Part shown: piece after piece, positions 1 to 9,804 of the stretch
How positions within the stretch are numbered: the first letter of the stretch is position 1
Layout of the letters: each line of letters starts with the position of its first letter
Assembly (NCBI GenBank): GCA_946555455.1
Contig: CAMNSU010000005.1
Span: 2,436-66,435 of the forward strand
Reading direction: 5' to 3'
Origin: an uncultured Clostridia bacterium
Lineage (GTDB): Bacteria; Bacillota; Clostridia; RUG12999
DNA length: 64,000 nt
Notes under the pieces: generated by a model
Database searches by the model: none
The model's input: only the letters and a program-made list of their open reading frames with translations
What the model was told of the DNA's origin: nothing
Translations under genes and position numbers: made by a program

Positions 1-2514
1 GCTGTTTGTTTCCCATTCCTCAATTATTCCCATGCTGCCGCCCAGCGGCAAAGTTGGGTCATATACGGATTTTGCCGCTTTTTGGCAATAATCATTGATT
101 TGCATGGTATTATGTGCGCGTGAGGAGAACAGCCAGCGGCAGGTTAAATCCTGTCCGCCGCTGAGCATATAATACAATTGGTCGGACAGCAGATAGTTCC
201 CATATGCCGCCACAATCACGTTGTTGTCATCCCAATGTCCGTGTGACCCTTGGCTGGCGTCCGCACTCATCGCCAAATATAAATCGTTGCTGCCCCAGCC
301 GCTGCGCATATAGGCTTTGCTGCTGATTGGATAGATAAGAGAGGTAAAATCCGGTGCTTCTCCCTTTTTCCCATCATACGCTGCCCAGAGCAGATGCGGA
401 TCGCCCAGCCAATCGGCTATCTGTTTGATATTGCTTTTATAGCTGGTGCTGAATGTGTGGGAATCACCCTCCTGACTGTCCCGCCAGCCTGGCGCTGTGG
501 AATACATGAGATATCTTGTCAAAGTCAAAAGTTTCTGTTTGATACTATCTGTATAATTGACTTCCACGCCCAACGTGTCTGCCGCATTTTTTGTGGATAT
601 CAGCGTTCCTATGGTATACTGTGTATATCCATGCGCCAGTTCGATACAAGCGCCGTCATCATACAAAATATTCCCTGTGATTTCCTCCAGACGGTTCATC
701 ATGATAACCGTCCATGCTTCCGATTCGCGGAATTCCGGATAGTGACCGATTAACTGAAAGAATCCGTTACAAGAAGCGGAACCCCAGTTGTTGGTTTTTT
801 CCTGACTCGTCCAATACGTGGAAAATACCCGTCCCATGCTGTACATATATTTCAAAAACGTGGTAAACAATTCCGGCGTCATATATTCACTGCCATATAA
901 ATATTCAATATATCTTGTCAGATTTGTTGTTCTGGTATACATATCCAGCGCTTTGCTGTATCCGCCGTATTTCAGCTTGGACGCGTTTCCGTTGCCCGAC
1001 GGGTCCGGCACTTCGGGACAGCCGCGGTAGCGGAGATAGGTGGTTGTTATCCAGTTGTGCAAATACATAAATGCTGTCCGTGCATAGATTTCGTTCCCTG
1101 TATATTGATACTGGGCACACAGTTTGTCAAACCATCCGCTGAACCGAAACAGTTCTTCTTCAAAACGCGCCAGCGGATTGCAGCGGTCTTTGTTGGGCTG
1201 CACCCATTTGGTACCCCATTCCCCATCATAGGAGAAAATCGCATTGGTGTGAGAGGTATCATTGAAATATAATTCATTCTCCGTCCAACCAGTATCGTAG
1301 TTGGTAATCGCTGTCATTCGTTTTTGATAGGACATGTCGCCCCGCGGCGTATCTGCCTTATCTACCCAGCGTCCCCATAAAACCAGCCGCGCCGAGGTGA
1401 TGGTATCCGATGCGCCGATATCGCTGAGGTTGAATTTCAAAAACGTTCGCCGCGTATCGGAATTGACAGGATCCACCTCACCGATTGCCGCCTCCCGCGC
1501 ATAGAGATATGATTCTGCGCCGAAGTTCTGACTGCGGTATTCTCCCGCCGCCGTATAAGTATCTTCACTCACCGGAATACGGCGCATGGTGCTACCGATT
1601 TGTACCTCCAGATAAGCAGATTTTCCAAGCACCTCCGCTCCTGCCTCCGGATGTTCTTTGCTATAGAACTCCGCTTCGTAGTCGTCTTTGTTCACAGCGC
1701 AAATGGTAATTGGCATCATTTTGTCGCCGCGCGATTTAAAGCGGTTAATTTGAGATTTCATTTCCACATAAACCGGCGCCCATTCGCTGCCCATGTAGAA
1801 AATATCCGCCACATTGTGGTTGCTGTTTCCGTTAAAGTGGAAGTTTTGCAGTAAAAGCTGCGCCACCATGATTTCATATTGACTGTTGCTTCCCAGCTTG
1901 GAAAGACCGCGTTTTTCCACTTTGGCATTATAGTATTTTTGCAGTTCCGCTTTTGCTGTGGGGTAGTCTCCCGCTTTTGCCGCTTCCTCCACTGCGCGGA
2001 GCGTCAAACCATAGTTTGATACATAGCTATAGTCCAAAATGGGAGCTTTTGCAAATGTTCCTTTGGATTCGTCCCATACGCCGAAAAATTCTTCATCTGT
2101 CGGGAATCGTTCCAACCCTTTTGTGCTAGGGTCTGAAAAGTCATATTCATCCAAGTTGAAGGTTGTTTGCAAATTCAAGTCGCTCGAAGCGCTTGCCGCG
2201 TTCACACTGCCACTCTCTTGCGCTTCCACAGAAAGAACGGACTCCATTTGTTCCTGCTCTGCCGCTGCCGTTTCCTGCACTTCTGCTGTTTCTTCCGGCT
2301 GCTGTGTATCTTCTTTTTCTGCTTCTTCCTCTGCAACCTGCTCGGTTGCCGCCGCGTCACCTGCGACAATTTCTCCGCCTGACATCACCAGTTCTTCCAC
2401 CGCATCACGCAATTGCTGCGGATTTTCCTCTGCGGTATCCTGTGCCAGCGCTGCCGCCGGCACAAGATACATCGCCATACAGAGCAAGATTGCTAATACT
2501 CTTTTTTTCATCAT
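1..2514 (-). CDS. Heparinase II/III-like family polysaccharide lyase, secreted; C-terminal part runs off the window edge
   Basis: The minus-strand frame is open from the ATG at 2514-2512 (overlapping the upstream stop as TAATG) down to position 1. The N-terminus MKKRVLAILLCMAMYLVPAAALAQD is a Sec signal peptide, followed by an acidic E/A/Q-rich linker. The translation of nt 181-330 contains GSHGHWDDNN, which matches the H-x-H-x-D motif conserved in the Hepar_II_III C-terminal domain. The ORF track misses this gene because it has no in-window stop. Confidence 0.7.
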   Translation of the reverse strand, partial: MMKKRVLAILLCMAMYLVPAAALAQDTAEENPQQLRDAVEELVMSGGEIVAGDAAATEQVAEEEAEKEDTQQPEETAEVQETAAAEQEQMESVLSVEAQESGSVNAASASSDLNLQTTFNLDEYDFSDPSTKGLERFPTDEEFFGVWDESKGTFAKAPILDYSYVSNYGLTLRAVEEAAKAGDYPTAKAELQKYYNAKVEKRGLSKLGSNSQYEIMVAQLLLQNFHFNGNSNHNVADIFYMGSEWAPVYVEMKSQINRFKSRGDKMMPITICAVNKDDYEAEFYSKEHPEAGAEVLGKSAYLEVQIGSTMRRIPVSEDTYTAAGEYRSQNFGAESYLYAREAAIGEVDPVNSDTRRTFLKFNLSDIGASDTITSARLVLWGRWVDKADTPRGDMSYQKRMTAITNYDTGWTENELYFNDTSHTNAIFSYDGEWGTKWVQPNKDRCNPLARFEEELFRFSGWFDKLCAQYQYTGNEIYARTAFMYLHNWITTTYLRYRGCPEVPDPSGNGNASKLKYGGYSKALDMYTRTTNLTRYIEYLYGSEYMTPELFTTFLKYMYSMGRVFSTYWTSQEKTNNWGSASCNGFFQLIGHYPEFRESEAWTVIMMNRLEEITGNILYDDGACIELAHGYTQYTIGTLISTKNAADTLGVEVNYTDSIKQKLLTLTRYLMYSTAPGWRDSQEGDSHTFSTSYKSNIKQIADWLGDPHLLWAAYDGKKGEAPDFTSLIYPISSKAYMRSGWGSNDLYLAMSADASQGSHGHWDDNNVIVAAYGNYLLSDQLYYMLSGGQDLTCRWLFSSRAHNTMQINDYCQKAAKSVYDPTLPLGGSMGIIEEWETNS

Positions 2515-5500
2515 TATTCACCGCTCCCTGACGCAAGTCTTATCGCTATATAAACAATTTTTGCTGCCTCTGCGCGGGTCACTTCAGCCGCCGGTCGGAA
2601 GCTGCCAAGGTCGTCGCCAACCATCACGCCCGCTTTATATAATTTTGCAACTGCGGTTTTTGCATATTCGTCAATCTCACCGGCGTCCGTGAACGCGTCC
2701 ATATTGCCTTCTTGCAGCACAAGTCCGCTCTGCTCCAGCACACGGACAATGGCAACCGCAACATCCTGACGGGACATGTTGCTACCCAGACCGAAAATAC
2801 CGTCCTCTATCCCACGCAGCAATCCACTCTCCGCTGCCCTGCGGATATAATCCGCCGACCAGTCGCCCGCCGGCACGTCCGTAAACGGATTTGTCCCGCC
2901 TGCCGCCGGCACGTCAAATGCACATACCAATAGTTTTGCCATCTGTTCCCGCGTGACCGCTTCCTCCGGCGCGAACCGATTTTGCGACACGCCGGACAAA
3001 ATTCCTTTGATGGATAAATCCGCAATATATCCGCTTGCCCAATGGGTTTTCGGTACATCGTCAAACCCCGCCGCCGTTTCATTTGGCTGCTGCGGCGCAG
3101 CAACCTGCGGGGCATTGCCTAATATGCCCAGTCCTCCGGCACTGCCACTGCTGCTGCCGCGACCGCCTCCGCCGCTGCTTCCGGCAAGACTGCCAACCGT
3201 TTTCTTATCCGTACCGGTAATCAAAAATTGTCCAAAGGATTTTGTGACCGACATACCGTCACGGCTGATTTGCAGCGACAAGGTTACTTTGGTATCTTCT
3301 TTCGGGTGCGTTACTGTGCCGTCATCTGCAATGAGATTGTTTTCCGTTATCCAATGGAACGTCGCGCCATATTTAGGCTGGGGCAGTTCCACTTTATCCG
3401 CAGCAATCATATACGGCAGATGCAACGCGACAGCTTCTTCTTCCATTTTTATGATGTCGCTTGCTGCCGGCTCAAAATAGAGTTCCAATTCCCGAATTCC
3501 GCCATATACCGCATTTTCTTTCAGCGCAGTAATCGTAAATTTCACATATCTGCATTCCACGGTATCAAAAGATTTATCAAAAATTTCTCCGATTTCCGTT
3601 CCGCTTAGCAGCGGATTCCATGTTATCCCATCATTTGAAGTGCTAACGGTATAACCGGCAATGGCATAATGGATACCATTCATGGTTTCTGCCGCACGCA
3701 GCCGGTTTATTTCACGTTCCATACCAAAATCTACGGTCAGTGACGGTTTCGTGTCTTCGGTCACTTTTGCAATCCAGCCGGTGGTGCCTTTTCCGTCCGC
3801 TGCCATCGCCGCCGTGCTGCCAGGTTTCAGTTCGCCTTCACCAGTCACAACGCTAAACAAAGTCAAATTCTCTCCCACGCCATCTTTGGGCGGCATCTGG
3901 AATTGATCCAAACCATATACTTTGAGTGGAATTTGTACAGTAGCTGACTCATTGCCGCGCGTGATAACTGCCGTCATTGTCACGTCATGCGGCTGTCTGC
4001 TAAACGGCACCTTCACTTTTCCGTCACTGGTAATAATATTTTCATCAGAAGACGTCCATCGGATAGCGGTATACGCCGCGCCCACAGCAGGCAGCGTCAA
4101 ATCGCTTACCACTGCGTCCGCGTCCGGAATCGTCAAATTTTGTTTATCAAGACTCACTGCCAGCGCATCTGTCAAATTGCTGAAAATTTCAAAACGTTCA
4201 ACGCCCAATTTTTGTACGCCGTCTCCGGCAGACTGCACTTTCACCTCGATTTCATCAATACAGCAAGGCGTTGCCAGTTGTTTTGAAACGGTTCCGCCGC
4301 CGCCTGCTGCAGATGAATCCACCGGCACGGCTGCACCGTTCAAATAGCCAACAATTTCATAGCCTGTCATTTTATCACTTACAGTTGTCGCCAGATGAAA
4401 ACTGGTTACCCAACGGCTATCGCCCAATTTTGCGCGCAACCGTATGGTGTTTGCAGCCGCATTCACCGTGCCGGTATCTACCGCAAACCCTTTCAGCATG
4501 GAAGAGATTGCTTCCGCTTCGCAATTTTCCACCTCTGTCACACTTGCCCCCGGCATGAGATTGCCAACCACAATTCTTTTTATTGTCGCTGACGGAGCGG
4601 CGCTTGCCACGGTTTTCCCTTGGAATGCACCGCAGTTTGGAATCACTTGTGCCGTGATATTCTTACCGATATCCTCTGTGCGCAGTGTATATTTCGTTCC
4701 GGCCGCGCCGTCAATCAACGCGCCGTCTGCATACCACTGAATGACACTCTGGTCTGTATGCCCTGCCGCCGTATCACAATCATAGAATTGATAGGTGAGC
4801 GACACTTCATCGCCCACATCTGTTCCCGCCACTGCGTTTATCACAACGTTTTCCACGCGTGGAACCGGAAAGTTAATATCATAAACGCTGACAATTTCTT
4901 TGTCTGCTCCTTCGCCAAAATAAGTAATCAAACAATCCTGTCCCGGCTCAATTTGTGCAGAAGCCTGTTTTTCCGTCTGCCCTGCCGCATCAGAAAAGAC
5001 GCCCATGTGCAGTTTTGCGTCTTGCAGCGTAAATTTGCCGAGGAAATCCGTAACAGTAGGGAGATTAGACCCATCCGTCAATTTCAGTAATTTGGATTTT
5101 GCGTCTACAATATAGTTCCCGTCATTCGATACAATATCTTCCAAATAGACCTGAAAACCGGTTAAGCGCAAGTTTGTCGGCGTACTGCCCACTTTGAAGT
5201 TAAATTTGCCCATTTCTACCATAAGGTAGCGGGATTGAATAATGCTGTCCGTTTTTACAGTAGCCGCCTCTCCACATATCGTTTCATCCGCCGTCGCTGC
5301 ATAAATGGTTTTCCATGCCGGATTGGTAATTGCCGCTGAAGCAGCGTCTGCTGTAGTTGCTTCTACAAAAGCGCTTTCCGTATTGCTGATATTTAATTTC
5401 CAATCTGAAATATAGGGTTGTTTGGAACCGTTCGTTGCATTGTCTTTATGTCCCGCCACGGAAACACGGTTAAAATATTTCGGCTGTCCTTCCTGTCCCG

Positions 5501-7037
5501 CTTTCACCTCTTCATGTGCGAGGTCAAAGGCAAAATAGACGGGCGCCATACCAGTTGGAAAATTCAACTGTAGTTTTTTACCGGGCAAGTTCTGAAAAAT
5601 TGCGGTCAAATCACTTCCCGAGGAAATTTTGTTGTTAAACAGTTCTGCTCTTCCGCCGCCCACCTTAATATAAGGATAATTTATCAATGCCGCCGGTGAA
5701 CTTTCCGATGGATTCATATATTTTGCGTTGTCCGACGGCTGAATGATATGATGCAGCAAGTCATGATAGGTAGGAATTGTATAATAACTGTCCGTCAATG
5801 CCTCAGACACGTAATTGGTTTCGGGCATTCCCTCTGAATCGGGCGTAAATGCATGGTCGTTTGACGCTGCCGGCGGCTGCGTCGGTGTTGCCGTCGGCGT
5901 AGATGTTGGTGTTTCTTCAGGTTCTTGTGATTCCGGCGCTGTAATAGCATAAACGCTGACGATTTCTTTTGCGCCGTCGTTTTCAAAATAAGTAATCAGA
6001 TAGTTGCCGTTTGCAACATTGCCTGTTTTCTCTGTAGACGCCGCGTTGTCTGTGAAAACGCCTGCTTGCAGATGCGCGTCCTGTAGTTCCAGATTGTTTA
6101 AAAACGCCGATACTGCCGGATTATCTTCCAGCACAACTGTTTTTTCTCTGGCATTCAATATATATCCGCTGTCTTTTGCAACAACATCTTCCAGATAGAC
6201 TTGAAAGCCGGTGAAACGACCATTGATCGTTGAGGACGAATCCCCATTTTGGTCAACGCGAAGAGTATCTATCTCCACCATCATATATCTGGACTGTACG
6301 ATGCTGCCCAGCTTCACCGTGCCCGCTTTATCGGAAACGACTTCTCCCGCATCTTTATTGTTGTTGTAAATCGTTTTCCAATTTCCCATAGTTGCCGCTG
6401 TATTAGCGCCCGGATTCTCACCGGTCGTTCCTATGAAATTTGCCGCGTCGTCCGTAATATTCAGTTTCCAGTCTTCAATATAGTTCCGTCTTTTCTTGGC
6501 TGCACTCGGATTATTATCCGCAGACCCCGCAATAGAAACACGGTTGAAATATTTGGGTGCGGCAGTCTCTCCGGCTGCTGCTTCTGCATGTGCCAAATCA
6601 AATGCAATATAAAACGGCACTTTGCTTGCAGCGGCATTTAACTGCGCTGACTTTTGCACAATCTCTTCCGGATTTTTAGAATAATGAAACAACATCGTAA
6701 ATCCCGCACCAGTATTATTGTTATTTGCGTTGAAAATATTTCCTGTTGTATTATTGCCGCTGATTCCCACTTTGATATAGGGAGAAGTCTCAGGAACACA
6801 AACGGCATTCCCGCTTGCACCCGTCGGCATATTTGTTCCCGCCGCGATTATCCCACTGAGCAAATTCTCATGGTTTGGCAATGCATAATATTCGTTTGTC
6901 AGTTCTTCTTCTACATATGTGGTTTCCGGCGCAGCCGTGTCTGTTGCCGGCGTATATGGTCCTGCTGCAAATGCCGCCGGCAGTGTGGTCAAAACCATTG
7001 AAACCACGAGCAACAGACTGAAACATTTCTTTTTCAT
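2514..7037 (-). CDS. Giant (1507 aa) cell-surface protein: signal peptide, two tandem ~330-aa repeats of an unassigned module, Ig-like domains, F5/8 type C (discoidin/CBM32-like) domain, Gly-rich linker, three C-terminal SLH domains
   Basis: Full ORF in the track. The signal peptide is MKKKCFSLLLVVSMVLTTLPAAFAAG. Repeat copies share FYIAFDLAHxE, KYFNRVSxAG, DWKLNI, NWKTIY, SIVQSRYxMVE, TGFQVYLED and LITYF..KEIVSVY. The discoidin-like segment is ...YAIAGYTVSTSNDGITWNPLL...ECRYVKF. The C-terminal SLH motifs include FDDVPKTHWASGYIADLSIKGILSGV..FAPEEAVTREQMAKLL. Confidence 0.8.
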   Translation of the reverse strand: MKKKCFSLLLVVSMVLTTLPAAFAAGPYTPATDTAAPETTYVEEELTNEYYALPNHENLLSGIIAAGTNMPTGASGNAVCVPETSPYIKVGISGNNTTGNIFNANNNNTGAGFTMLFHYSKNPEEIVQKSAQLNAAASKVPFYIAFDLAHAEAAAGETAAPKYFNRVSIAGSADNNPSAAKKRRNYIEDWKLNITDDAANFIGTTGENPGANTAATMGNWKTIYNNNKDAGEVVSDKAGTVKLGSIVQSRYMMVEIDTLRVDQNGDSSSTINGRFTGFQVYLEDVVAKDSGYILNAREKTVVLEDNPAVSAFLNNLELQDAHLQAGVFTDNAASTEKTGNVANGNYLITYFENDGAKEIVSVYAITAPESQEPEETPTSTPTATPTQPPAASNDHAFTPDSEGMPETNYVSEALTDSYYTIPTYHDLLHHIIQPSDNAKYMNPSESSPAALINYPYIKVGGGRAELFNNKISSGSDLTAIFQNLPGKKLQLNFPTGMAPVYFAFDLAHEEVKAGQEGQPKYFNRVSVAGHKDNATNGSKQPYISDWKLNISNTESAFVEATTADAASAAITNPAWKTIYAATADETICGEAATVKTDSIIQSRYLMVEMGKFNFKVGSTPTNLRLTGFQVYLEDIVSNDGNYIVDAKSKLLKLTDGSNLPTVTDFLGKFTLQDAKLHMGVFSDAAGQTEKQASAQIEPGQDCLITYFGEGADKEIVSVYDINFPVPRVENVVINAVAGTDVGDEVSLTYQFYDCDTAAGHTDQSVIQWYADGALIDGAAGTKYTLRTEDIGKNITAQVIPNCGAFQGKTVASAAPSATIKRIVVGNLMPGASVTEVENCEAEAISSMLKGFAVDTGTVNAAANTIRLRAKLGDSRWVTSFHLATTVSDKMTGYEIVGYLNGAAVPVDSSAAGGGGTVSKQLATPCCIDEIEVKVQSAGDGVQKLGVERFEIFSNLTDALAVSLDKQNLTIPDADAVVSDLTLPAVGAAYTAIRWTSSDENIITSDGKVKVPFSRQPHDVTMTAVITRGNESATVQIPLKVYGLDQFQMPPKDGVGENLTLFSVVTGEGELKPGSTAAMAADGKGTTGWIAKVTEDTKPSLTVDFGMEREINRLRAAETMNGIHYAIAGYTVSTSNDGITWNPLLSGTEIGEIFDKSFDTVECRYVKFTITALKENAVYGGIRELELYFEPAASDIIKMEEEAVALHLPYMIAADKVELPQPKYGATFHWITENNLIADDGTVTHPKEDTKVTLSLQISRDGMSVTKSFGQFLITGTDKKTVGSLAGSSGGGGRGSSSGSAGGLGILGNAPQVAAPQQPNETAAGFDDVPKTHWASGYIADLSIKGILSGVSQNRFAPEEAVTREQMAKLLVCAFDVPAAGGTNPFTDVPAGDWSADYIRRAAESGLLRGIEDGIFGLGSNMSRQDVAVAIVRVLEQSGLVLQEGNMDAFTDAGEIDEYAKTAVAKLYKAGVMVGDDLGSFRPAAEVTRAEAAKIVYIAIRLASGSGE
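4869..6920 (-). repeat. Intragenic tandem duplication (two ~1 kb copies, about aa 40-368 and 408-723) inside the giant SLH protein gene, separated by a Pro/Thr-rich linker
   Basis: Protein-level alignment of the two copies (YVEEELTNEYYALPNHENLL.. against YVSEALTDSYYTIPTYHDLL.., both ending ..EIVSVY[AD]I). The copies have diverged at the DNA level. Confidence 0.7.
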
Positions 7038-7062
7038 TGTCTCTTTTCCTCCTCTACCCCTA

Positions 7063-9783
7063 TTATTTCACAATGACAACCGCTTTGACCTTGTTATAGG
7101 ATACATATACCAGCGCAACCTGATGGGTTGACAGAAAATCTTCATGGCTGCCCAGATGCGCCTTTTTCTCTATTGTGTCATAGATATAAACCGGCTGACT
7201 GCTTCTCTTTTGCACCTCATAATTTTGTACTGCGCCGTAGTTTGTTGTCATGGTTAAAATATCCACGCGGCGGTTTAACTCTTCAGACACTTCGTTATAA
7301 GAAACATCCTGAATTTTACCGATAAACAATTCCAAATCCGTTCCCTGACTGTAGCGGTGATCCGGCACAGGGTCAACGGACTCTACAAGGGAATATCCGT
7401 CCAACCTGTCTTCATTGTCCAGTGAATAGAGAATTAACTGCCCCGGTTTGAGCGCTTTGAAATCGCTCGTGCTGGTGGTGCTGTTGGAAACTTCCATTTT
7501 CTGTTCCCCTTTATCCGTCACCATGTGAACCACTTGAACCTGGTCGCCATCCTCACTCGCGATGTAGGAAGAACCATATACCAACCCCACCTTATTGGAC
7601 GAGGTTACATGACCGGTTGATGTGTGGTCTAATTCTGTGGTTATCACAATCAGTTTCACGCTCTTGGTATCTTCGTCAAATTCAAACCCTTCCACTTTAT
7701 AGCTTTGGTTGTTGTTCAAATCCACAGGCGCAAGATAATCTTCATCGCAAGAGACTTGTTTCTTTTTCGGGTCCGGATCCGGTACACAAATTGCCACCGT
7801 GCTGTTTTCAATGCCAAACGCGCCGCCGGAAGTTTTTCCGAAGGTCTTTTCATGCGCATTGTATACCTTTTCATGCGCGGAGCCGAGTTCATAGGTTCCA
7901 ATCTTATCCGGTGTGTTGATTTCCCTGATTTTTCCCTCCGCATTCAGTTTATACATCACAGGATACCCTTTCATCGTCAGCCCCATTTTTTCCTGTAATT
8001 TGCCGACCGCCTCCGCTCCGGTATAACTTACACCATCAAAGCGCACTCTGGCTGCAAAATCCAAAATGAGAACGTCTTTGTTCTGCGCGGTAATCGCCGG
8101 CACATCATTGCTATAGTCGTCGCCCGCTTCTTCCACCGTATCCAGCAGGACATCGCCAACCACTAATTTCGCGCTCGCTTTTTCAAATCCGCCTGTGGAC
8201 AGTTCTACCACTGCGCCATAGTTATTAGCGTCATTTCCCTCTTTCCAATACGCAATTTTTCCGTCAAAGTTGATATATGCTTTGATTTCTTTGCCCATAA
8301 TGGCGGAAATATCTTTAGAACCGGTATATGCTTTTTTCTCCAAATCATAGGACTGTCCGTCCACCACAACGGTTCCGTCCTCGCTGTTTACTTCCTCTAC
8401 GGTTCCGCTAAACGTCTTACTGTTTACATAAATGCGAATCAAGTTTCCGTCGCTGCCGGCAAAAATGCTCACAACGTCATCCTTTTTCACGTCCTCCAGT
8501 TTCATCTCATTTCCATTTGCATCCATTAGCGTTGCTTTCAAATCGTCGTTGTCCTCGTCCTGGAGCAAAACGCCACGCTGACCTTGAAAACGCTGGTCAC
8601 CGATAAAATTGATGCGGCTGCTGTCTGTACGGATGCTCTCTACCACAAAACTTTCATACTCATTCACAAAAACAACATTAAAAACGCCCGAACCATCGTT
8701 GCTAATCATTTTGATGGAACCGTCCTGCATGGAGGATAAGTCTATTTCTTCCCAACTGCGCACAAACAGACCATTATAAACAATGGTAGGGTCTGCCGCA
8801 ATGCTTTCGCGAATCTTCTGTCCCTCTTTGTTTTCATATTCTATTTTGGACGTATCCAAACTAATGATATCGTCAAATTTCGTTTCCAAAATAACATTGA
8901 TACGGCTGGGGACAATAGAACGAATCACATAGCGTCCGCTGTTTTCATCTTCTTGCACGAAAAGGTCTACCTTCTGCCCCAGATAGTCCGCTGCATCCGT
9001 TGTCCCTACATCCAGCGTTACGCCGTCGAGTTCCACCTGATACGGCTCAATATGCTGATTGGGTTTCACAAGCCAAGTATCATAGGTTCCTGTAATAACA
9101 CCACTTAGCCGAATCAATTCATCTTCCCCATACCCCATCAAAATAGTGCGGTAGGTATCGCCTTTTTCCATTTGATAGGTTCCCGCTCCGCTCACACCGG
9201 TGTAGACCAAACGTTCAATATCCAACGCATTATACACCAAAATAAACGCCGCTTCGCGTGTGAGTGGTGTTTCATTTTTCCCATTTACATTTTTTAGCAG
9301 TCCCAGAGACCCGCCTTGCGTGACATATCCCAGCGGATATCCGCCAAGTTGCTCCGCCGCCTGCCCATAACCGAGCATCCGAACCAGCATACAAACCGCT
9401 TCCGCATATTCCACCGGCACGTCCGGATAAAAATTCCCATCCGGATATCCGCTCACAATTCCCATCGAAACCATCATTTCAATATAGCCCGCCGCCCAAT
9501 GGTTTGCCGGCACATCAGGAAACTGGCTTTGGATAATGCCGCCTATCTGGTCTATCCGCGCCAACCTCGCAAGCACTTTGCAAAACTCCGCGCGTGTAAT
9601 CATTTCCTCTAGCTGCAAGTCTCCCTGTTCATTTCCCTCAACAATACCAAATGCTTGCAAATCCAACAATTGCTTGCTGCCCAAAGACTGCGCGCCCACT
9701 GTTATGCCCGAAAATGCGCAGAGAAGCAGACTCATAAGCAGTCCCCACACTGCAATTCTTGACCGTTTCATCTTTTTTTGCAT
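7063..9783 (-). CDS. SLH-domain cell-wall-anchored protein (906 aa) with N-terminal signal peptide, SLH repeats, and a large beta-rich domain of unknown function
   Basis: Full ORF lying 25 nt downstream of the giant SLH gene on the same strand. The N-terminus MQKKMKRSRIAVWGLLMSLLLCAF is followed by SLH motifs (FPDVPANHWAAGYIEMMVSMGIVSGYPDGNFYPDVPVEYAEAVCMLVRML). Confidence 0.8.
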   Translation of the reverse strand: MQKKMKRSRIAVWGLLMSLLLCAFSGITVGAQSLGSKQLLDLQAFGIVEGNEQGDLQLEEMITRAEFCKVLARLARIDQIGGIIQSQFPDVPANHWAAGYIEMMVSMGIVSGYPDGNFYPDVPVEYAEAVCMLVRMLGYGQAAEQLGGYPLGYVTQGGSLGLLKNVNGKNETPLTREAAFILVYNALDIERLVYTGVSGAGTYQMEKGDTYRTILMGYGEDELIRLSGVITGTYDTWLVKPNQHIEPYQVELDGVTLDVGTTDAADYLGQKVDLFVQEDENSGRYVIRSIVPSRINVILETKFDDIISLDTSKIEYENKEGQKIRESIAADPTIVYNGLFVRSWEEIDLSSMQDGSIKMISNDGSGVFNVVFVNEYESFVVESIRTDSSRINFIGDQRFQGQRGVLLQDEDNDDLKATLMDANGNEMKLEDVKKDDVVSIFAGSDGNLIRIYVNSKTFSGTVEEVNSEDGTVVVDGQSYDLEKKAYTGSKDISAIMGKEIKAYINFDGKIAYWKEGNDANNYGAVVELSTGGFEKASAKLVVGDVLLDTVEEAGDDYSNDVPAITAQNKDVLILDFAARVRFDGVSYTGAEAVGKLQEKMGLTMKGYPVMYKLNAEGKIREINTPDKIGTYELGSAHEKVYNAHEKTFGKTSGGAFGIENSTVAICVPDPDPKKKQVSCDEDYLAPVDLNNNQSYKVEGFEFDEDTKSVKLIVITTELDHTSTGHVTSSNKVGLVYGSSYIASEDGDQVQVVHMVTDKGEQKMEVSNSTTSTSDFKALKPGQLILYSLDNEDRLDGYSLVESVDPVPDHRYSQGTDLELFIGKIQDVSYNEVSEELNRRVDILTMTTNYGAVQNYEVQKRSSQPVYIYDTIEKKAHLGSHEDFLSTHQVALVYVSYNKVKAVVIVK

Positions 9784-9804
9784 CCTTTTTTCCTCCCTCT
9801 TTTT

